Of a DNA stretch of 28,209 nt, positions 1 through 8,277 are shown in pieces. The notes beneath the pieces were generated by a model that saw nothing but the letters and a program-made list of their open reading frames with translations, searched no databases and was not told the DNA's origin. The translations under genes were made by a program, and so were the position numbers. The stretch comes from Octopus sinensis. Taxonomy: Eukaryota. The stretch lies in assembly GCF_006345805.1 (NCBI RefSeq), contig NW_021827495.1, forward strand, positions 1-28,209. The letters are read 5' to 3'. Each line of letters begins with the position of its first letter. Positions within the stretch are counted from its first letter, which is position 1.

Positions 1-83
1 TGTTGTCCTCCCTCCAGCCCTCCATCCCACGGGGCTCGGAGGCCCTTTAGTCTCTCCTGACTAAAAAAGATAATAATAATAAT

Positions 84-267
84 CCATTCTTATTTTGACA
101 CAAGGCTAGCAAGTTTAAGGGGCGGGTAAGTCGGTCACATTGATTCTAATAATGCTCAATTGATACTTATTTTATTGACCCTGAAAGGATGAAAGGCAAA
201 ATCGACTTCGGTCGGATTTGAACTTAGAACATAAAGACGTGTGAGATGTAGCTAAGCATTACGTCCG
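84..267 (-). mobile_element. tRNA-derived SINE, family B ('ggcggcgagctggcag...tttgcctttcatcctttcggggtcgat' type), degenerate
   Basis: Reverse complement of the core 'gaccctgaaaggatgaaaggcaaaatcgacttcggtcggatttgaacttagaac' shared with copies at 3217, 7659, 14165 and 19396. Confidence 0.8.
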
Positions 268-287
268 TTCTGAGTTTTTTAAAGAAA

Positions 288-337
288 CTACTACTACTAC
301 TACTACTACTTACTACTAACTACTACTCTACTAATAC

Positions 338-405
<68 letters not shown>
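288..405. repeat. (CTA)n/(AAT)n trinucleotide microsatellite
   Basis: Direct inspection. Confidence 0.97.
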
Positions 406-406
<1 letters not shown>

Positions 407-673
407 GGGTGTATCGTTCAACATCCTCAAACAATCCTTATTCAGAGACCTTTTGAGCGGGATGGGCTACTCGACCAGAAGAAAATTCTAACTGGCTCCC
501 ACCTGCAAGGTCATGCGCTGTTTATCTTGATATGAGATCACCATGTTGTGCACACATGGTTGTGATGCGTGTGCTTGGTGTACCCTTATCAGACGGGTAG
601 TCATGATGGGTATAGTGGGCTTCGTATATTTTACCCCAGTGTCACTTTGATGGCATGCACTGCTCTCTCACTC

Positions 674-709
<36 letters not shown>
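406..709 (+). mobile_element. Short retroposon or LINE 3' end with (AAT)n tail, embedded in an (AAT)n microsatellite
   Basis: About 270 bp of complex sequence ending 'gcactgctctctcactc' followed by (AAT)n at 673-709, with (AAT)n also on the 5' side. Resembles an interspersed repeat I recall from octopus. Confidence 0.6.
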
Positions 710-873
710 CACAAAAAATCTGGCAAACGTCATTTGTAGATGAAATTTGTGAAAAATTTGGAGGGAACTGCTGTGTGGTCTTGTCATAAGGAAAAGTATA
801 GATGCCATAAAGTCATAATTTTAATTCTCTAAAATTAATCAAAAACAACCCTAAATTTAAAGGTAAAGAAATT

Positions 874-1164
874 CTAAAATTGGATTAGAAAAATCAAGTC
901 TGGAATCCCAATCAGAACAACTTTGCTTAATTTCCTAATGTGATTGGAAAATTCATTAACGCCGTAACCACCGGTTTCCTGATCGATAAAAATTTGTCGA
1001 TACTCTTCAAAAAGCCAATAAAAAGTATCATCGTTGTTGCCGCCGCCGCTGACATTGCTGTTTGATTTAGAGTGCTGACTAAGTAAATCTATGATGAAAG
1101 ACTTTCCAACCGTGGCCATACCATCTCTTTTTCTCAGGCATGGTTCAATCAGGGATGACGTGGA
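874..1164 (-). CDS. Candidate terminal exon, unknown protein with GxxxxGKS (Walker A-like) motif
   Basis: Acceptor 'ttgttaattttAG' at 1165-1166, then 96 open codons STSSLIEPCLRKRDGMATVGKSFIIDLLSQH...TFYWLFEEYRQIFIDQETGGYGVNEFSNHIRKLSKVVLIGIPDLIFLIQF*. The other two frames close within 7 codons. No homolog recognised. Confidence 0.4.
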   Translation of the reverse strand, partial: STSSLIEPCLRKRDGMATVGKSFIIDLLSQHSKSNSNVSGGGNNDDTFYWLFEEYRQIFIDQETGGYGVNEFSNHIRKLSKVVLIGIPDLIFLIQF

Positions 1165-1206
1165 CTAAAATTAACAACCGATGTAATCATATATACAAAA
1201 TGATTC

Positions 1207-1310
1207 TGTGTGTGTGTGTGTGTATATATATATAATATTATATATATATATATATATTATATATATATATATATACATACATACATACAGAGAGAGAGAG
1301 AGAGTAAGAG
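1207..1310. repeat. Compound (TG)/(TA)/(GA) microsatellite
   Basis: Direct inspection. Confidence 0.95.
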
Positions 1311-1482
1311 AGAGGGTGAGAGGGAGGGGTAGCGGTGCCGTATTTCGTAATGAAACCCTAATATGCTACCAGTATATTAAAGGTGATAAGTCAATACTGT
1401 GTTCTACCTCTGTTAGCAGTGCGAGTCAGTCTCTGTAAAACAATGCGATTGAAGATAGAAAAATAGTTAATGGGTTTATATG

Positions 1483-1594
1483 CATATATATATATGCATA
1501 TATATACATACATACTATATATATATATATATATATATAATTATATATATATTGTATGTGTGTGTGTGTGTGTGTGTATACGTATCTATATATG

Positions 1595-1625
<31 letters not shown>
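1483..1625. repeat. Compound (TA)/(TG) microsatellite
   Basis: Direct inspection. Confidence 0.95.
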
Positions 1626-2124
1626 ATTTCATAAGATGTGAGAAAGCTGCCCAGTTGGGTGTTTGTTTTAGTCATTTAAATGGCGATGGGTGATAGAATC
1701 AATGGAGCAACGAATAAAATGCCTTTTGGTATTTAGTTACGGACGTTTGCATTCTAATTTCAAATACTGTCGGTGCGAATTTTTTAATTTTTCACTCTTT
1801 CAGAAGTCGATGAAATACCAGTCATTATTGGGATCGATTTGATCGATTGCGCTCGCATAAGAAATGTTCGGGGTATGTTAAAATACATAATTTAGAAAAG
1901 AAAAAGTTAGGGGCAGTGGAATGCAAGAGACCGTTGAGCGACTGAGACAATACTCCACCGAACGTAGTTACGTTTCGTTTGGATTTCCCTCTTCAAATTC
2001 TTGTAGCTTTACGCCAATGCCAATAACTGTCATAATTTAGTCAAAGACGAGTTCAAATCTCGCCGTGGTCAAACTTTCCTGACGTCTTTTTATCATCAAC
2101 ATCGACCATTCGAGGACTAAGATT

Positions 2125-2352
2125 CATTGGACCAGTTACCCGGTTTCCATAGCATATAAGTAACCGGTATCCCATCATTACCCTTTATTAGGACGCCAAT
2201 CCATCGCAAGGATGCTCATTTACAACTGTGTGACTGGAGCAACGTTATATGAAGTGTTTTGCACAAGAACACAACGTACCATTCAGCCCGGGAGCCGAAA
2301 CCACGATGTTTCGATCGTGGATGCAACATCCTAAACACTAAGCCACGTGACT
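2125..2352 (-). mobile_element. tRNA-derived SINE, family C
   Basis: Minus strand begins 'gtggcttagtgtttaggatg...' (A-box-like), then 'gtgttcttgtgcaaaacacttcat...ttgctccagtcac' as in copies at 20190, 23827 and 25490. Confidence 0.75.
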
Positions 2353-2502
2353 TCCCTTCTCGTTCTTTCTTGGTCGATAAAATAAAGTACCAATCAAGAA
2401 CTGGGGTCGATAATATCGATTAATCCCTTCCCTTCAAAACTGCAGGCCTTGCACCTAAATAACAAACCATTATTTAGTCTAAGAAAAAGGAAGGATTACC
2501 AA

Positions 2503-2590
2503 CAACTCAGGTGGGAAACCTATACGCCAAGGAAACCGGGAAACCGGCCCTTATGAGCCAGGCATAGCTTGAGAAGGAACAAACAAACAA
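2503..2590 (+). mobile_element. 3' tail fragment of SINE family D
   Basis: 'aaccggcccttatgagccaggcatagcttgagaaggaacaaacaaacaa' matches the tail of the full copy at 18805-19101. Confidence 0.75.
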
Positions 2591-2663
2591 CATACTAATC
2601 ATTCAGCAGTGTTTACATACTATAAAATACTCTGATAGACATGATTAGTGAAAATTGTCTACA

Positions 2664-3050
2664 GGCGCCGGAGTGGCTGTGTGGTAAGTAGCTTGCTAAC
2701 CAATCACATGGTTCCGGGTTCAGTCCCACTGCGTGGCTTCTTGGGCAAGTGTCTTCTGCTATAGCCCCGGGCCGACCAATGCCTTGTGAGTGGATTTGGT
2801 AGACGGAAACTGAAAGAAGCCTGTCGTATATATGTATATATATGTGTGTGTGTGTGTCTGTGTTTGTCCCCCTAGCATTGCTTGACAACCGATGCTGGTG
2901 TGTTTACGTCCCCGTCACCTAGCGGTTCGGCAAAAGAGACCAATAGAATAAGTACTGGGCTTACAAAGAATAAGTCCCGGGGTCGATTTGCTCGACTAAA
3001 AGGCGGTGCTCCAGCATGGCCGCAGTCAAATGACTGAAACAAGTAAAAGA
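2664..3050 (+). mobile_element. Full-length tRNA-derived SINE, family A ('ggcgcaggagtggctgtgtggtaag...')
   Basis: A-box TGGCTGTGTGG, B-box-like GGTTCAGTCCC, internal (TA)/(TG) microsatellite, tail 'ccagcatggccgcagtcaaatgactgaaacaagtaaaaga'. Inverted copy at 6909-7334. Confidence 0.92.
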
Positions 3051-3216
3051 GTACAATGTGTAGCAGCCTTCCAAAATTTGGTCAGGGTTCTATACTTTGG
3101 CTTACATTACGTTTTTAGGTATCAAATTCGCGACTCCAGTTGTTTCCGCTTTCGTTTACAGCAATGTGTTGGCGAGCAACATTCATTATATCAAGTACAA
3201 CGATAAGTACAACAAT

Positions 3217-3440
3217 GAGGCGGCGAGCTGGTAGAAACGTTAGCACACCAGGCGAAATGTTTAGCAGTATTTCGTCTGCCGTTAGGTTCTGAGTTCAAAT
3301 TCCGCCGAGGTGGAAATTGCCTTTCATCCTTTCGAGGTCGATAAATTAAGTACCAGATACGCACTTGGGTCGATGTAATCCCTTTGTCTATCCTTGTTTG
3401 TCCCCTCTGTGTTTAGCCGCTTGTGGGCAATAAAGAAATA
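3217..3440 (+). mobile_element. Full-length SINE family B
   Basis: Head ggcggcgagctggtagaaacg, tail gggcaataaagaaata. Flanked by taagtacaacaat (3204-3216) and taagtacaacgat (3439-3451), a probable 13-bp TSD with 1 mismatch. Confidence 0.9.
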
Positions 3441-3479
3441 AGTACAACGATACTCCAGAGGAACATTAAATGAACTCAC

Positions 3480-3653
3480 ATTCCACATAGTTGTTTGTGT
3501 AGATAACTGCACTTTGTTATGTAAATTCCACATCAACGGTGGGTTGATAACTTTAAAGTAAGTAGTTTTTGTCAATATATAGGATGAAATGTTGCAACTC
3601 TGGAGTCGTCGAACGAAACACTGCGACATTCGGCCCAGGGGTGGATGTTTTAT
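3480..3653 (-). CDS. Candidate 174-nt phase 0/0 internal exon, unknown protein
   Basis: Acceptor 'ggctgtttttAG' (3654-3655) and donor GTGAGT (3479-3474). Only one open frame: IKHPPLGRMSQCFVRRLQSCNISSYILTKTTYFKVINPPLMWNLHNKVQLSTQTTMWN. Phase-compatible with the 874-1164 exon. Confidence 0.3.
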
Positions 3654-4852
3654 CTAAAAACAGCCAAATACAGTGTCGGCTAGTGTATAGGTACTATGGA
3701 ACTGCAGCACCCCATATTTCCACTCGATATTATCCATAACATTCAATATAATGAGTCCTTTTTTCTTTAATTCTTTCTTTATACTTGTACATAATATAAT
3801 CTTTAAGCTTAATATCAGTAGCCATTCTCTAGTTTATGAAAAAAATACAAAACTCCTTGTATAAAACTGTGCTCTTCACAGTTCCAGAGAGGCGGTGTTT
3901 GGTTGTTGTGCACATGCTCACATGTCCGAGGGAGAACAGTTCGCAGCTGTCAATATCTAATGTGATAAATCAATATCATACACCACTCTGTTTCGCTTCT
4001 GTTTATGATCAGAGTTACAGGCCTTGTAGCGACAGAGGGTAGTGACAAACTGTTTTGTGAATCAAAGGGGCTGTCCAAAAGGGAGGTTTCGTCCTTATAT
4101 TTTCTATGAATTGTGAAGAAATATTTCTAAGGTCCCACCTATATACACGTCATGACAATGTTGAAATCCCTGCTGATTCTGGTCCGTGCAGAATATATCA
4201 ACAGCCCAGTCATTAGTCCTAGTGTAACATGTATCTCTCACGTGACAATATACATAAGCTGATTCTCCCTTGATCCTCCCATTGGCTTATATCATTAAAA
4301 GGATTATACTGGAAGGACAAGAAAACACTTGGCTATTTTTTTCACTATTATGCACAAAGAATGGAGGACGGGAAGTTGTTCTCTGTCACTTCCTCTTTGA
4401 TATCTCCTCTGAGTTATTGCATCAAATATTCGTTTAATTCGATTGTTGTATCTGCACGTTGGTTTCTTTTAATGTAATAGTCTTGTCCTTAAGATTTTTA
4501 TCATTGTCTTGCTACGTGAATGGTCAGATTTACAAAGAAATTTTATCACTCGGGAATCTTCATTGACATCAACATGGTTTGTTTTAATACTTTCATTATA
4601 TGCTTTCCACCAACAACGCCAGTAGAAGGCATAAGATATTAAACGCAGTGACACTTCAGAATAAATTATTTTACGAGCGCTCGTCTCTTCTTTTCATAGA
4701 AGGTTGAATGGAGAAAGAGAAAATGATTTTTGAAAGAAAATAGTAACGGAAGTCCAATAGACAGAGTCAGAGGAAAAAAAAAGTATATTTATCACCTGGA
4801 ACTGTCATCCAATAACATAAATACCAGGCGTTCTGACCAAAGGACCTTCTGA

Positions 4853-5014
4853 GGAAGGGGGCCAAGTTGATTGCATCAATCTCAGTGCTTGCCTGGTACT
4901 TATTTTATAAATCTCAAAAAGATGAAAGACAAAGTAGACCTCAATGGAATTTGAACTCAGAACATGCCGTTAGGCATCTTGCTCGGCATGCTAACGATTC
5001 TCCAGCTCGCTGCC
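4853..5014 (-). mobile_element. SINE family B, degenerate
   Basis: Reverse complement of head 'ggcagcgagctggagaatcgttagcatgccgagc' and core 'gttctgagttcaaattcc'. Confidence 0.8.
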
Positions 5015-5286
5015 GACGCCCCACTTAAATATTGTGACAGCCTACCAGTGGGACGTCGTTGCAATATTTTACGAAACATTAAGAAACATTTGTCTGGAAC
5101 ATGTCTTGAGTTACGTGACGGAACACAGAATGAACTGGTGTTGATCGACAACATCAGCCGCACTCACACTCAAGTTCTTTCTCAGACTGAAATCCACGAT
5201 TGCATACGAAGAGTGTAGCTCACAACAGGACCAGTTCAAATCCACACATCTTGCGGGTATGTATTTTTGATTAAATGTATTATATA

Positions 5287-5676
5287 CTAGCAGTATCGCC
5301 CGGTGTTGCTCGGGTTTGTAAGCGAAATAACTATAAAGCATTTTTAGAGAGTTATAGCCAAAAAATAGCAAAAAATGCATTAAAAATGGAAAAAAAATTA
5401 TGGTAAATTTTTTTAAATCGTTGACTCATCGTAGACATTTTTAGAGAGTTACTTCCCTTATATAATAGCAAAAAAATGCATTAAAATGGAAAAAATGATG
5501 GTAAATTATTTTTAAAATCGTAGACTCATCGTAGACGCGCGCTAATACCCAGAAGGGCTTGATATGAATCACGACTATAAGATACCCGGTTTTGGTTAAA
5601 CTGCACCGCAAAATGTGGGAGTAGTTAGGAATCTAAATCGGAGTAGACAAACACACAACCTTTCTTTTATATATAA

Positions 5677-5679
<3 letters not shown>
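5287..5679 (-). mobile_element. Non-autonomous Helitron (rolling-circle) element
   Basis: Minus strand starts 5'-TC (5679-5678) after an A and ends CTAG (5290-5287) before a T. GC hairpin cccgg-tgttgc-tcggg at 5299-5314 near the 3' end, no TSD, about 100-bp internal tandem duplication (5339-5536). Confidence 0.85.
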
Positions 5680-5715
<36 letters not shown>

Positions 5716-5737
5716 GTATACTCAGGCCTATTCCTCA

Positions 5738-6075
5738 TTTTTTTTTTTAGAAGTGGGTAACCACAACAAGACACACCAGGCATTCCATTCATTTCCCAGC
5801 TCAAAGAGGCGAGCCCTGTCCTATGCTCGGGCCAAGGCATAGAACGCAATCCCCGATATCAGCAGCGGGGCCCGACAGCATATGCTGGTTTCCCCCCGCC
5901 GTATCGAATTTACTCATCCTTCCACAAACACTGTCCAAGCTTTCCTGTCGTTTATAAACTCTCTTGCCCTTCTCACTCCAACACCTCTAACCACCAAAGC
6001 TTTCCTCGCTCCAGCCATCCACACAAACCAAGGTCTGCCTCTGAGTCTGCTGCCTACCACTTCTTTGATTAAATG
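5738..6075 (-). mobile_element. 5'-truncated RTE-like LINE 3' end with poly(A)
   Basis: Frame EVVGSRLRGRPWFVWMAGARKALVVRGVGVRRAREFINDRKAWTVFVEG* (stop 5914-5916) matches the G.R.RGRP..W..G...DR..W C-terminus of RTE-type ORF2. 3' UTR ends in A11 (5738-5748). Confidence 0.75.
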
Positions 6076-6863
6076 TATATCAGAAAACTAAAAGTCAAAG
6101 TCTACTGGCACTGGATTCGAGCTTGGGAATGTGGTATCACCAAATGAGATACTTCAAAATTTTCAAACTACTGCAATTAGTGACGAACACTTTGAAGTAC
6201 TAAAGATGGCGGTGTTGGTGGTAAGATCCAGTTTGTCAAATTTGCGACTTTGTTTCAGATGCAGATCGAACACTTCTGCTTCAAAAATAAGGGTTTTTTT
6301 TTTCTTTTTGGTAAAGTTTAGAGGTCATGTCACTACCAATGTTTCGCTTCTCAGAAAAGTTGATTGCCGATCAATGAATACTTCTGCATAATAAAGATCG
6401 ATCAATCGATTAGTCATTACATTATGAGATACATATACATGTATGAGTGTGTGCATGCATGCGTGTAAGCGTGTGTGTGTGTGTGCGTGTTTAGTCTATG
6501 ATTCACGCCTGCATTGCGTGAAACACTGAGCATCTAAAGACTGAGTCATCATAATAAACTTTACCAAACTTCACAACTTGTATTGAGTACGCGTTTTCTC
6601 ATTTGCAATGGACCCTCCCTCCCTCCCTCCCTCCCCTCTCTCTCTTTCTGGCTGTCTGTCAGGCTCTCTGTCTCTCTCCCGCGCGCACGCACATACACCC
6701 ACACCCACGCACCCCACACACAGATTTCATAAGTTCGTCAAGGTGAATGCGACTGAAAGGGAAAAACTAGGGAATAACTAAATGAAGAATATCTACAATG
6801 ATGTTTCGGGCAATTTCTCTATCGTAAGTTCATCAAATGCATACATACCCCCCGACACATACA

Positions 6864-6894
<31 letters not shown>

Positions 6895-6908
6895 GTGTGT
6901 ATACTTAC

Positions 6909-7108
6909 TTTCTTTTTACTCGTTTCAGTCATTTGACTGTGGCCATGCTGGAGCACCGCCTTTTTGTCGAGCAAATCGACCCCAGGACTTATTCTATCGG
7001 CCTCTTTTGCCGAACTGCTAAGTTACGGGGATGTAAACACACCAACATCGGTTGTCAAGCGATGCTGGGGGGACAAACATAGATACACAAACATATACAC
7101 ACATAAAT

Positions 7109-7150
<42 letters not shown>

Positions 7151-7334
7151 TATATATATATTACACATATATATGACGGGCTTCTTTCAGTTTCCGTCTA
7201 CCAAATCCACTCACAAGGTTTTGGTCGGCCCAAGGCTATTGTAGAAGACACCTGCCCAAGGTGCCACGCAGTGGGAATGAACCCGAAACCATGGGGTTGG
7301 TAAGCAAGCTACTTAACACACAGCCACTCCTGCG
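6909..7334 (-). mobile_element. Full-length SINE family A
   Basis: Colinear reverse complement of 2664-3050, with a longer internal (TA)n. Confidence 0.92.
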
Positions 7335-7463
7335 TATGTGTATGCGTGTGTGTATGTGAGATCTTTGTTCTATTTAAAACCAACTTAACATTAAATTAAA
7401 GGCTAACTCAATACTTTTTGTAGAGTACATATTTATTAATTTTTACGAGGATAAGGTTGTCAG

Positions 7464-7505
7464 TGATTTCGAAGTTTCGCCATACTGACCATCATCAGGC
7501 AATCA
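7464..7505 (-). ncRNA. Decayed minimal type I hammerhead ribozyme motif (Penelope-like element type)
   Basis: Minus strand TGATTGC-CTGATGA-TG-GTCA-GTA-TGGC-GAAAC-TTC-GAAATCA: intact CUGAUGA and GAAA cores, stem I 6/7 pairs, 4-bp stem II. The ACGU stem III palindrome is broken (ACUU). Confidence 0.6.
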
Positions 7506-7658
7506 GATGACAGTCAGTAAGCCGAACTATACCTAATTATCTACAAACACACAACACACACACACACACACAATATAATGGCCAAAATCCTCATACTGCT
7601 GGTTTTTATGCCCCTTTCCTGTTCATAATTACTTTTCTTGTGATATTCAAAAGATATT

Positions 7659-7862
7659 AAGGCGGCGAGCTGGCAGAAACGTTAGCATGCCGGGTGAAAC
7701 GTTTAGCGATATTTCGTTCTGAGTTCAAATTTCGTCGAGGTCGACTTTGCCTTTCATCCTTTCGGGGTTGATGAATTAAATACCAGTTGCGTACTGGGGT
7801 CGATCTAATCTACTGGCCCCCGCTTCCCCAAAATGTTGGGCCTTGTGCCTAGAGTAGAAGAG
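7659..7862 (+). mobile_element. SINE family B with 17-bp TSD
   Basis: TSD gatattcaaaagatatt at 7642-7658 and 7863-7879; head ggcggcgagctggcagaaacg. Confidence 0.95.
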
Positions 7863-8150
7863 GATATTCAAAAGATATTTTATTGTCCTCTAACCCAAGT
7901 TGCTTTAAAACTGATATTGTTCTTCAACTGAATATTTCAACTTTGAGGTTTAGATACTCTCTAAAACACATGCAATCAGCCTAAACCGAAAATTTATGAA
8001 ACTTCATATAAGACAAAAATTATTGTATTTAGTTTGCAAATGATGATTTATAACAGTATTTAGTGGAACAACTTTTTACCTTGATTACATCACCGTTTTT
8101 TTTTGGTGTGGAAGAGTTTTCTTCAATTCCCGGGGTTTATTATTCTAAAG

Positions 8151-8277
8151 CAGAGCGGGCCGCATGAGACATGGTTCATCATCAGACGGGCCTCACTGCT
8201 AACAATAGAAATTGAAGGTAATTTTTCGTTTGGCGAGCCATTCAGAAGGTGTCGCGGCCGCAGTTTGCCCATGACTG
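8151..8277. mobile_element. Small hAT (Charlie-like) MITE remnant
   Basis: Right end ggccgcagtttgcccatgactg is a Charlie-type TIR (CAGTCATGGGCAAACTGCGGCC). The left end cagagcgggccgc is only partial. Flanks ttctaaag and ttccaaac could be a decayed 8-bp TSD. Confidence 0.45.

Noticed and set aside
1-83. Window-edge fragment ending in (TAA)n
   Set aside because: Possibly a retroposon 3' end, but too short and truncated to classify.
2664-2740. tRNA-like A/B boxes here and at 19030-19095 and 23834-23895
   Set aside because: These are SINE heads with no acceptor stem or full cloverleaf, so they are not tRNA genes.
3573-3730. Plus-strand peptide TFGPGVDVLS...YGTAAPHIS resembling subtilisin APGV.I.S...SGTSMAAPHV
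   Set aside because: The catalytic Ser motif (GTSM) is absent, no Asp or His motifs are nearby, and the frame is short; probably coincidence.
4165-4215. EIPADSGPCRIY resembling a Kunitz domain start
   Set aside because: The first Cys and all downstream Kunitz cysteines and the YGGC motif are missing; a stop follows within 6 codons.
6795-6840. Third hammerhead-like spacing on the minus strand (TTGATGA...GAAACATC)
   Set aside because: C3 is mutated and neither stem I nor stem II can pair; at most a heavily decayed relic.
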